Assembly (NCBI GenBank): GCA_049999805.1
Contig: JBNGIO010006239.1
Span: 90,743 to 154,742, forward strand
Reading direction: 5' to 3'
Source: Folioceros fuciformis
Taxonomy: Eukaryota
DNA length: 64,000 bases
Below the pieces are notes generated by a model, which worked only from the letters and a program-made list of their open reading frames with translations, was not told the DNA's origin and ran no database searches. This document shows, piece after piece, positions 11,900 to 23,328 of the stretch; position 1 is the first letter of the stretch, and each line of letters opens with the position of its first letter. The translations under genes were made by a program, and so were the position numbers.

Positions 11900-14800
11900 C
11901 TCTTGCAGGATACACACATTACCATTAGCGAAGCCACACAAAAGTAGAAAAGTTATGGATGCATTCATTCCAAGCCTTAGTAGACTGCTTGAGACCATAA
12001 AGTGTTTTGAACAGCTTACACACCAAGTTCTTCTGGGTGATGTATCCCTCTAGCTTATGCATATAGATGGTCTCATGTAGCTGTCTATTAAGGAACGCAG
12101 TCCTTACGTCCATCTGGTGCATGATGAGTCAATGTTGGGCTGCATAGAACATGATGATCCGAATGGAGGTGGCCTTCATCACTAGGCTATAATGGCTGTC
12201 CGCTTGATAATCGAAACCTGTCATGTTTTTATAGATCGATAAATTGATTAACAGCGAGCACAAGGCANNNNNNNNNNAACACTTTAAACCTAATCTACGA
12301 GGTGCGAAACTATTCTATCCAACAACCTGGTACCTAACTAAAGCCTCTTGCTACCAGTCGAGCCATGTACCGAGTAATAGAGCCATCATGGTGGAGTTTA
12401 AGCTTATAGGTCCATTTATAGGTGATGACTTTCCTATCTATCATGAGGTACAGTTGTGAGTTCCCAGATATTATTATCGATAAGGGATCTATATTCAGAG
12501 TCTATTGCTACTTGCCATTCTGCAGCTTCTGGAGAATTAAGGGCTTTTCGGTATGTTTGAGGTGTACCTATGGGCTCTGTTGGTGAAACAGCTAGAGCAT
12601 GATAGGTCTGAATGAGGTTCATATGAGTGGAATCCTGGTAGGGAATAGTGTTTGGAACAGTTGATGAAGGTGGTTCAACTTGGGTGGCCGAGGATTGGGA
12701 ACTGAAAGAATATTGATAATCCTCCAACCAAGTTGGGGCCTTACAAAGTCGGGTAGACCTATGAGGGATAGGGTTAGAAGATGGATCAAAGGAAAGATCT
12801 GGGAAGAGAGGTGTAGGAATTGCTTGGACTGGAGTATCAAGTATAACTACTTGGTCGTGAATATCTGGGGTATTTGGTATAATGACTTGATCTCGAGTAT
12901 CTAGTGGAGGAATGGATACTGGCTCCCCCTTACGATCAAGGGGAACATAAAAGGAGGCAAGGTCGTCGAGCAGATCCACTGAGGAAAGGGTGGAGGAGAA
13001 CAAGCCATGTTCAGAAAACCGGACACTACGTGAGTAAACAACTTCATCTGAGGAAAGGTCAACGAGTTTGTACCCTTTAATCTCATTTGAGTAGCCAATG
13101 AAAGTAAGCTTCCAAGCCTTATCGTCCCATTTCTTGCGAATATTATCTAAGACATGTGCGAAAGCGAGGCTTTCGAAGATGCGAAGATGGGAGATACACA
13201 GGGTGAATCCATGTCAACGTTCGTAGGGAGTCGTCCGGAACAACTCCTAAGAGGGTAGGCAGTTCTTAATATAACAAGCGGTGGAAACGGCTTCAGCCCA
13301 GAAGCCTTTGGGGAGCTAGGAAAGCTTAAGTAAACGCCTAGACATCTCAAGAACTGTGCGATTATATCCCTCGGCGAAGGAGTTTTGTGAAGGAGTATGG
13401 GGAACAATGTATTGTCATAAGATGCCTTTGCTAGAACAGAAATCACGTAAGGCGTTGGTGGTATACTCGTCTGCGTTGTCAGTGTAAAGCTTACGGAGTA
13501 GGTGGCCAGTGTGGCGCTCTGCTATAGAGATATACTGAAGGAAGCAATCAAAACCTTCGCTCTTATGCCAGAGAAAAAAGATATGGCAGTAGCGGCTCCA
13601 TTCGTCTAAAAAGGTGAGAAAGTATAAATGGCCACCTAGGGAGCTGGTCGACATGGGGCCGTAGATGTCGGAGTGGACAGTCTCAAGAAGTCGTGAAGCT
13701 CGAGTTAGATGAAGATCATTGAAAGGTCTTTTATTAAATTTGCCATACTAGCATGATTCGTAGAAGAAATCCTCATCCAATTTACAATTTAAAGCATCTT
13801 TATACATATGTGTATTTGCAAGTTGACTTAAGTATTTAGGGTTGGCATGCCTAGCCCGGCAGTGCCATAGGTAGCTGGTGGATTGCGGAAGGGTCTACTC
13901 AGAAGAGTGGCTGCTAGCCTAGCTATACTATGGCAGCTCAAGTCGGTAGAGGCCGTGAAAGAGGGTGCCTTACCGATGACCTAATCATTAGGAGATAAGA
14001 AGCTGTGGAGTATGTAGAGCGTACCTGAAAACCTAATAACAAGGGAGTAATCGCTCGAGAGGAGCCGAATTGAGAGTAAGTTCTTTTTCATATCAGGCAC
14101 CTACAAAACGTTCTGGAGGTGTAGGGTTTCGATGTTATATAGCTGGAGGCTTACACCGCTAGAGCCCCTAATTGGAAGGGGACTGTCATCACCGAGCAGG
14201 ATGGTTTGGCCAGGAGTGCACAAGGAATATGTAGCGAAGATGCCTTCGGAGGAGCAAATGAGGTTTGTCGCACCGAAGTCGAGGAACTAATCTTGGTCAC
14301 CTGCTTGGATGACGGACAAGCATATCATAAGGAGTTTGTCGGTACTATCGCGATAGAGCGACGAGGTGACGGTGATATCCACGTGAGGCACATCCCGCCT
14401 AGGTTTACTGGCCTCTTTTTTCCTACATTCATGCTCGAAGTAGCCGGGGATTCTACACTAGTTGCAGAGTCCCTTATTGTTTCTTCTAAAGGCGAATTGC
14501 CGGAAACTACCGATATAGGAACCGGGTGCCATAGGGTTTGATGCTCTCCTCCCAGGTGGGGCAAATCGTGGGTTGCCCCACCTGAAGCCGCGACCGAGTG
14601 CTGCCGTAAGCACGTGTGGGCCGCTACCAATGGTGCCTAGTGATCAGGCTGAGCTAATACAGCTTGAATCTTCTTCGAGAAGGGCTCCAACAACTTCGGT
14701 AAAGGTAACGCTCTTGTGTGGCTGTCCTACAGAGACAACTTGACTAACTTATCTGAGGGTGGCATTTTGTGAACTGACGAAAGTTCGATACCTTGGCAAC

Positions 14801-16209
14801 AGGGATGTAAGAAGTGCTACTGTAGCTTGAAGTTCGGTGATGGTGGCTCCACATGCCACCAACTTAGCCCATGGGGACCTGAAATTAATAATGTGCTGCT
14901 CTACAGAGTTGCTCTCCTTCATGCGGAAATTGTAGAACCTTTGGGTGGCATGGATCAATGACATGGAGCTTGTGGACTATAACATTTGCTTGAAGGCTGT
15001 TCATATATCATTCGGGGTGGCTTCTCCTTGAGTGCGATGCAGCATGGTTTGATCCAATGATGAAATGATAATTGCTCGGGCCCTCCGATCCTTCTTCTTC
15101 CATGTGAGTGGGGCATCGAGTGTGCTTGTAATCGGGTTGCCCTTAGTGTTGTCCACGATGGACATAAGGTCACATTCTTTAAGAATCGAGGTAATTTTGA
15201 GTAGCCAAACATCAAAGTCCCTGCCGTTAAAGCAATCCCTGTCTCTAAATTCTATCTTGATAGGTGAAGGTGCAGGGGTAGAAGCGGGTTGTCCAGACAT
15301 TTGGGATTGTTGTTGTCTATAAAAGGATTAATCTACTAGGGAGGTTAGGTGGCAAGGACAAGGGATTGAACATAGAGGCGTGAGACCATCATTATGAGGA
15401 TGTCATTATTATTTTAAGGGAGGCACGGAAGAGGAAGAACTATTTGTGGCTAGAAGAGACATCAAATGGGTGAGGTGATCAATTTGGCGTTGGATGATGG
15501 CAAAGTACGTGATTGTAAAGGTTGTGATGAAGGATTATAGACTGTATGGTAGTGGGCAGGGCAATCGGTAGTATGAACTATGAGAAGAGCGGTTGGAAAG
15601 GTTACAAGGGGCGAAGTGTGCTCTCTTCTGTGAGGTAGTGAGGCTGTAGTTGTTGCCTGTCTCCTACTGTCGAGGTTGTGGAAGCAATCATCACAAGTGA
15701 TATGGTTGACGCATGGGCACACACTTCGCTACTCGGCGTCGTGGCTCATAGATTTCAGGTGGGGGGCAACGCCCAAAAATATGCCGACGGGGCATGGTGG
15801 AGAATTCAGTAACATGTGAGTGTTGCAGTGTTGTGCAAGTTGGCCATGCGTGCTTAATGATGGAGCGAGAGGCTCTGATACCATATTGGTATTCAAGCCA
15901 TGAGCAACAACTCAGCTAGTGAAGAGAAAGGAAGTCTGAAGAGCAATAGATGATCAGAGGCCGGAGTGCCATAAGGAGTTAGTCGAATCAATTGGTTTAG
16001 TTGGTTCAGCAACTGCTAGAACTACCATTATAACTACTCTGTGCAGCCTTAACCTAGCACTTAAACTGATATCACACAATAAGTTTGAGCCTCTTGAATA
16101 ACGGGGAAAGTTTGAGCCCCTTGAATATTGGGGAAAGTTTGAGCACCTTGAATAACGGGGAAAGTTTTAGCCCCTTGAATACTGGAAGTCGATATGCGAA
16201 TGTGCAACA
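11900..16209 (-). mobile_element. Ty1/Copia retrotransposon (5' LTR, PBS, gag, protease, integrase, partial RT), disrupted
   Basis: PBS TGGTATCAGAGCC (tRNA-iMet) on the minus strand at 15871-15883. Gag FNGRDFDVWLLKI; integrase GGHLYFLTFLDEWSRY..LYTDNADEY; RT WQVAIDSEYRSLIDNNIWEL and HQMDVRTAFLN. The INT-before-RT order is Copia. Many stops and frameshifts. Confidence 0.9.
15884..16209 (-). repeat. putative 5' LTR of the Copia element, containing a 27-bp tandem repeat (about 4 copies, 16081-16185)
   Basis: Directly abuts the PBS; begins TGTTGCACA on the minus strand at 16209; repeat unit aagtttgagcc(c/t)cttgaata(ac/tt)gggga. Confidence 0.6.
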
Positions 16210-16660
16210 CATGCATCTTATATTTTTTCTATCAATTTCAATACTAGTTTGATAATCACCCTCATGAAGTAATTAAAATTTCATTGAACTAAGGAAAAAG
16301 TTTCTATAAGCAGTGGTATCTTGAAATGAGAGGTGTATGACGGGACTGAAGCCACAATTTCAACTTTTTGGAGAGAGGAAGGGCTGGGTCCTCGATTTTT
16401 TGGAGAGAGGAAGGGCTGGGTCCTCGTATGGAAGTGTTCCACAGGGCTGGTCTCCCTGTTCGTGTTACAACGGCCCAGACCCTTGCTTGTTGGCAGATGC
16501 CAGAGGAGTACTACGCGAACCCAACCGCAGGGACAATATCTCCGCAAGCGTGAGAGGACATCGCGCAAATGGAGGGTGTGAAGAAAAAAGAATGAAGCGA
16601 CCTACTCGCTGTTTCCACTACAGTAGTAGTGGACAGAACTGCGGCAAGGAAAGTGGCTGA

Positions 16661-17667
16661 CTAGTTGGGAGGGATGTTTTTTCCTACAATCTTGGCAGGA
16701 GTAATGCGCAACAAATTCCCTGGCTTTCCAGGCACAGCTCCCTTCACCAAGAGGGCTCTGAGCTCAGTATCGATTTTGATGATCTCGAGCTTGCGTATCT
16801 TGACTCGTTCATTGCCCATTCGACCGGGCATTTTCTTGCCCGGATAAACACGCCCGGGAGTAGTACCAGCACCGATGGAACCGAGCTCTCTGTGACTCTT
16901 GGAACCGTGCGACATGGCACCCCTGGCGAAGTTGTGTCGCTTAATACCACCTGAAAGCACCGGGGGGCCAAGGTGAGGCCTAGTCAGCATTCGGAAACGC
17001 GAGCGCAGAAAGCGCAGATATACGTACCCTGGAATCCCTTCCCGATGCTGTTCCCCACCACGTCCACCAGGTCCCCGACCTTGAAAATCTCATCCAGCTG
17101 CAATCTCTGGCTGGGCTCAAAGCCCTCCACAGACGGCAGCCTGAACTCCTGCAAATGGCGCATGGGAATGGTCCCGATTTTCTTCAAATGCCCCTGCTCT
17201 GGCTTCTTCAGCTTGCGCTCCCGCACCCGCCTGTACCCCACCTGCACAGCAGTGTAGCCGTCCGTGGCTTCCGTCTTCACCTGCGTTACGATGTTGCCCT
17301 CGTGGAAGCCTACCACGGTTACGGGGACGGCCTTGCCGTCCTCCTTGAACACCGTCATCATCCCCATCTTCGTCCCCATGACGCCAATGCCCGCCTCCAT
17401 AGTCCCCATACTCACCACTCCCCTACAGGCTCCGCTTCCATCCCGTCCCGCCCGTAGCACCAGCGCCACTGCGGAGTGCAGGTCCGGCGTTGCGGCCTCG
17501 CACAGCCGCGAGCCGGACCTCAGGCCCTGGAACGATGCCTGGAGCATGGGGCGAGCTCCCGGCGCCACAGCCGTGGAGCAGGAGGTGGAGGCCGAAGGTG
17601 ACGCCACCCGTAGGGACGACGTGACAGACGCGGCGGAGACCGCAGCCGTGGCCGCCATAGCTGACAT
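16661..17667 (-). CDS. RPL3: plastid 50S ribosomal protein L3 (uL3c); 2 exons (17667-17028, 16950-16661)
   Basis: Ala/Ser-rich transit peptide, then [68 protein letters not shown]. 77-bp GT-AG intron at 16951-17027 checked by hand. Confidence 0.95.
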
Positions 17668-17793
17668 TGCTTACAGTTGCTGTTTCGATAAGGCTTTTTG
17701 TTTGCATCGGCTCCTTTTCGAGTGGCGGTTCGGAATCGGATTAGGGCTGTTTTTGGCCATGCTCGAATCTCGGTTCACGATTCAGTGTGATCC

Positions 17794-18941
17794 ATGGCGT
17801 GGTTTCGGAGCAGCTCTCGCATTCGGTTGGTCTTTTGGAGAGCGTGGGAGGATGGATGTGGGAGGTAAAGCAGCGGATCATCTTGTCTGATGCTAACCAG
17901 TGCTAGAAGATGTCTTATCCTCAGCTGCATTTCTGCGGTGCGTGTCGCTGCCAGAGTCAGTGCCCATGCCGGCTAGGGCAGGACGTTTGTGATTTCCTTG
18001 TCCAATTACCGTGGATGCGGCAGGAATCCTACACCATCGTTTACCCGAGGCATTAGAGTCAGGTCCAAGCAAGAGGTGATCTTGACGAAGGTACGCACTC
18101 ATTCGGTTTGGTGCAATGCTGTTGATTTGTTGGAGGCATTACCTGTTGGATCGAGGACTAACTACTCTACAGCCTTTGGCAGGGTTGGGGAAGGCCGGGC
18201 AGATCGTGAAGGTTGCGCCAGGCTATGCACGCAACAAGCTCATCCCTGAACTTATTGCCCTCCCCGCCATCGAAAAGTACGTCATCTTGGTTAAAAAGCA
18301 GCTGGAGGTAACCGGGCGTTTCTTCCTTGCCGTTGGTTGCCACTCCTGGCCCCGAAAGTTTTGTTCGGAGAAATACTCAGCTCAAGGAGCGGTGTTTGGT
18401 GCTCATGCACAGGCTGTCCAGCGGTCAGAGGAGAAGCCCGACGACGTGGTTAAGGAAGAGATAAAACCTAAAGAGGACAAGCTCAAAGACGTCAGTGTGA
18501 TTTTAAAGAGGCTGGACTCTGGCCGTGTGGTATGCCGTTCTTCATCTCTGCTATCAGCGAATGGTATCGCTACTTGGTGCTTGGGTCACCTTGGGTGTAT
18601 TCTGCTTCCAACAAAGTTGCTTGAATGTGCAGGTCATAAGGAAGGAGCTCGGTAAAACCAACTCTTTGCAGTTTTCCATCAACAAGGATGAAGTCGTAGC
18701 TGAGGTCTGGTTACTCACTCAACTGCAAGCGGAAGTAGCCCTTGACCTTTTCTGATGGACTTTCGTGGGTGCGCAGGTCCAGAGACAGTTAGGGGTCCTC
18801 GTACAACCTGCAAACTTGGAGATGGACGTTCCTATATCAACATTAGGGGAGTTTGAAATTCCTCTCAGATTTTCAGAGAATCTAGCTCTGCCTGACGGGA
18901 AAGTGAAGCTGTATTTAAGGATCAAGGTTCGAAGGAAATAG
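17794..18941 (+). CDS. RPL9: organellar (mitochondrial-type) ribosomal protein L9 (bL9m), multi-exon
   Basis: EVILTK|PLAGLGKAGQIVKVAPGYARNKLIP matches the L9 N-domain. The C-domain reads EVQRQLGV..NLEMDVPISTLGEFEIPLR..LRIKVRRK*. Start at 17794 (MAWFRSSSRIRLVFWRAW, presequence-like) is inferred with an intron at about 17865-18023. Confidence 0.85.
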
Positions 18942-19031
18942 ACACGACATGGGCGGTGCAATTTGAGTGCTTTGGATGAATGGAGATGGTTACAATGTGG
19001 CTTTTTAAACTTGCACACTTGTACTCTCGAC

Positions 19032-22000
19032 CTATGTCAGCCCACCAAATTGCTTGTTCCAGTCTTCATATTGACCTAGTTCGTCCGGCGACACTGAAGG
19101 CCTTACCTGCTCCAAGGCTTTCGTGAAGTCCTGAAGCAACCAGCACAGGAGGTTGATGATACTTAGGACAGGCTTGATTTAGAAGAAAAGGCTTAATCAA
19201 TCCAAGGAGGGTTCAAGCTGAAGTACCTCAACGCGGATAGGCCTCATTTCATCGTTGCTTAATTGGTTGATATCTTTACCTTGCATCAGGGCCTCTCTTA
19301 GAGGACCCATGGACGCCTCCTTCACGAGATGCTTCATATCAGACCCTGAGTATCCTGAATCCAGAATACAGCAGTCAAGTTCTGTGATATTAGCAAGTTA
19401 GCAAAACAGCTGATGGAAGTTCAAACTTCTTTAGTGTACCCTCTGTGCTAGAGCAGATCGTCTGAAGTTCTTCCTGTGAAAGCGTCATAAGGTTATCCTT
19501 CTGTAAAAGGCTGCGCACTATCCATCCTCTCGCCTCTGTGTGGGCACAAAGGTTGTGGTTTATAGGGGCAACGTAGACGAAACGACCGATAGGGTAAAGA
19601 GAGAGGCAGTGTGGCGTACCAGCAGAGGGTAACGGGATGTAAAGCCGTCTGGCAAGCCGTCTTCTCGCTGCTTCGTCCAGTTCCTGGGGTCTATTAGTTG
19701 CACCTGACAGAGGGGAACTGTTTCAGTGGGCGGCATTATTTTACTGAGAAAGTATAAAATGTCGGAAACTGATCAGATTCATTACCGATAAGGAGGACTT
19801 TCTCCGTGCCACTGCTACAACCCTCCATTTCAATTAAAAACTGGGTTTTCAATCTTCTGCTGGACTCGTGCTCCCCGTCTGCTTTGCGCTGCGCCCATGC
19901 TCACGGCCTTACATGGGATGGATAGAAACGAAACAACATATGCGAAGAACGGTGGCACCGGTTCATATTTCTTACTTGGGACAGCAATGAGTCGATTTCA
20001 TCAATGAAGATGACAGCAGGTTGCCGACAACTGGCGACTCCGAACAACGCTCGAACAAGCTTTTCACCTTCTCCAATCTGGAAGAGAGCGGGATCCAGGC
20101 TAGTATCAAAACAACGATGCGATCATTTCTTTTACCACTCCAGCTACGTCAGGATGGTAGAATTCAATATTTGTTACATACCCACTTGCTGGTCAGGGAG
20201 CTAGCTGAGATGGAAAAGAAGGTAGCATTGGCTTCCCCGGCAATAGCCTTCCCTATCATGGTTTTGCCCGTTCCCTGCAGAGGCAAGCTCCAGCCCAAGG
20301 TTTCAGAGAGGAAACAATGTACAAGCCAGAGCCTGTACTGATGATGTGAAACTTACTGGAGGGCCGAAAAGAAGAAGACCGTTGCCTGGGGAGCGACAGC
20401 CTTGGAAGATATCTGGTCTTAGGAGGGGCCAGATGACCATCTCCGTGACACACTTTTTTGCATGATCAAGTCCAGCTGAAGATGGAGAAGACAACATGGA
20501 ACGAGATGAGAGCGTAGATCTTACAGAAAAAGAAGGAATTTCTTGTGGAACAGCTGCACCTCACCTATGTCATCCCACCGAACATGGGTGTCCCGGTTCA
20601 TGATCTCGTTGCTGACTTGCTCCAATAGCTTAGGGTCTAAATTCCGCAGACGCTCAGGCAACTCCCCATCTGGGCCTGCAAGTAGCTCCAAGCTGCAACC
20701 TGCTGGTTTTAGTTCAGGTGCAGCAGAGGTTTGCTTCATACACTTGAGATCTCAATAGCAAACAACAACTCGACATCATGAAGTATTGGATGAGGTTCTG
20801 TACCATTGTCTTGTTGAGTCCTCTACACCCTGATCCACATTGGACGGGGGCCGATACATCCCAGTTGCTCCACCACTCCCACCAGCGTTACCATTACTTC
20901 TGAAGGGTGGTACAAACCCTTGGCGGACACCCCTTCGGGGCAGTCCCAATGTTTTAATTCCCGTCCCCCGCATGTTACCAGCACTGTTTCCTCCTGCAAC
21001 TCGGTTCTGAGTTCCATCGAGTGCCTGAAGAACAAAGACCAGTGTGATAGTACTTCAGGAGGCGTCAGGAGTCCACAGGATCTCCAAACCTTGGTTTTAT
21101 GAGGAAGGTTGACTCCTAAGATTGCAAACAAAGGCTGTCTTGTTATCATGGTTGAGCAGGTAGAGAAATAATACTGGTTTTTGATTGGCCAAGCCATCCG
21201 CCTCCGACCGAGAAATGCCAGCCCCGTTGCCTCCTGCTACTCGCATCTGAGCTCCATCGAGCACCTATAGAGAACAGCCAGAGTCACAGTGGTCATGCTT
21301 GCAGGACTCGAGAATCGTAGTTCCATGAAGATGGCTGATTCCCAAGACTGAAAGCAAAATATCCTGCTGGAAAGGTTGAACAGGCAGAGAGACAACACAA
21401 GTTTTTGGCTCGCAGTCATGAAGTGTTTGGCTGGACGTTCAGCCTCTTCGTCTTCATTGGAACCCTCCTTCAACGGCGCCCTTCCCTTGTCCGGTCTCAA
21501 ATTGGGCAGACAAGAATTCCTAGCTCGCTTTTTATCAGCCCGGTATCGAGCAATCACATCTTCCTCCTCCTCCTCCGGAACTGCAACTTCCCAGTCCGAG
21601 CAGTCAGCCGACTTTCTGTGGCAGTCAGTGGAGAAAACTCGAGCTTTCGAGTAGCTGGAAGGCACTGCACCCTCTTCCTCCGAGGCACACCTCCGTCCTG
21701 AGGTGCTCGCATCTCCGACAAGCGAACCAAACTTGAAACCCAAACTTCTTGAGTTATCAACCTTCGGTGTTGCGTACAATGTGACCAGTTTCGACTGCAT
21801 CAAGGTCTTCCTGGGTTTCAAATCATTGGCACCTTTCCTCCCAGCCTGCTCATCCTGCTCCTCACGGGGCTGGGACGTGGAAGCCTGGCCCTAAAAATCG
21901 CTCAATAACGCACGACAAGTAAGTACGCAACAGGCCCTACACCGCCATCCCAAGCAGCAGAGGCACAGGCTTACCAGTCGATCCACGGAATTCTCCTGCT

Positions 22001-22466
22001 CCTGGCAGACAAACGAACGCAGGTACTTGGATCTCTTAATGCTCTGCAGATCAAGAGGCCCCTGGCGGCGAAACAGGAAACCATTTTTACACCTGGCCTG
22101 CCCCAAAGCTTGACTGGAGTGCGGAAGCAAATTGTGAGTCGAGACGGTCGGGCCCGGCGAGACAATGCCGCAAATTCACAGTAACAAAGCTGACCTGTCC
22201 ACCAACGTCGCATCCTGCGCAGCATCTACTCTCTGGTACGCCTGTTTCAGCAGAGGCTTCAGGTAGGCCTCATCCTCGGAGGTCCTACACTCGCTCAACA
22301 CAAATCCGAGCAGACGCAAGGCCAGGCCGAGTGCGGTCTCCGTATCCCCGTTTCCGAGAGCAATCTCCGAACCGAACAGAAGGGAATGCAGCCTTTCCAG
22401 CTTCTCAGGGTTCGATCTGTCCACCACCCCAGCTGGATTTCCGTCCGCCTTGGCGTCCTTGTCCAT
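19032..22466 (-). CDS. FIGL1: fidgetin-like 1 AAA ATPase, multi-exon
   Basis: [15 protein letters not shown]-terminus, RQGFVPP (FRBD-like), [98 protein letters not shown], and C-terminal YEDWNKQFG. Confidence 0.92.
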
Positions 22467-23061
22467 CGCACCGACATTGGCTGCCACCGAAATGTCCAAG
22501 TTTCGTGTTTGAGTGTGTAGGGCTCGCACGGCGGGAAACCGCGACTGTTAAATAGTTTGACGTTATTTCTCAATGTTGGGCACATGCAACAGGGACATCG
22601 CATTTGTTGTTTGCTCCATATTTTCATCCAATCCTTGTTCGGTGTCATGAAGTTACAAAATCTCTAAACGTCGAATGTGAGGTGATCTTATAAGGATACA
22701 TGGATTTCCAGTTTCAATGCGCCAACCATAAAACTATAGTATTTTTGAAAATTTGAACTATGTAGTTGTGATCAAATTTGATAAGATAGTTTTACGTTAG
22801 ACAACTTTGCTTGCTTTGTATGATGAATACATCACGCCACACATTCTATTGCCATACTCTATCATCTAAAATTCTAACTTAGGGAAGGATATCTTCTATC
22901 CATCCTTAAAGCTTCCTAGGTTTATAGTCCTAGAGGCTCCATACAAACTTCATTACTTACACTTTTTTAAGAAGTTTCTATTAAAATCTAAGGAACCAAA
23001 GAACTACAAGGCATATTAACTTTCCTGACCTTTCAATCACCCCTTAGCCACTCCACTCTTG

Positions 23062-23167
23062 GCTCTGGAGTTCCAGCTATATTCTTGTTTCCAGCTATAT
23101 TCTTGTTTTATTTAGCAATAAATATAGGGTGCTAAATAAAACAAGAACATAGCTGGAACTCTAGAGC
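23062..23167. repeat. fold-back inverted repeat (MITE-like or hairpin)
   Basis: gctctggagttccagctatattcttgttt..tatttagca pairs with tgctaaataaaacaagaacatagctggaactctagagc. The left arm has an extra 18-nt duplication. Confidence 0.8.
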
Positions 23168-23328
23168 TAAACAAAGCAAGACAGTTTTGTTTAGCAACAG
23201 GTGTTGTACATATTTATATAAGCTCGTGTTACAAGCATGTGAAAGGGATGGCATGGCCACGGTTTCGATTGGCAGACTGTGCCACAAGCTGAAAAGAGCC
23301 GCGTCTTCCGATGAAGACTGACGGGAAG

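Noticed and set aside
17264-17890. 208-aa ORF antisense to RPL3, and similar long antisense ORFs over the PPR, MNS1 and PAO genes
   Set aside because: Shadow ORFs expected from GC-rich coding sequence; no independent motifs.
16661-18941. Adjacent bacterial-type ribosomal protein genes as a possible bacterial operon or horizontal transfer
   Set aside because: Both have spliceosomal introns and targeting peptides and are divergently oriented; they are ordinary nuclear genes for organellar ribosomes.
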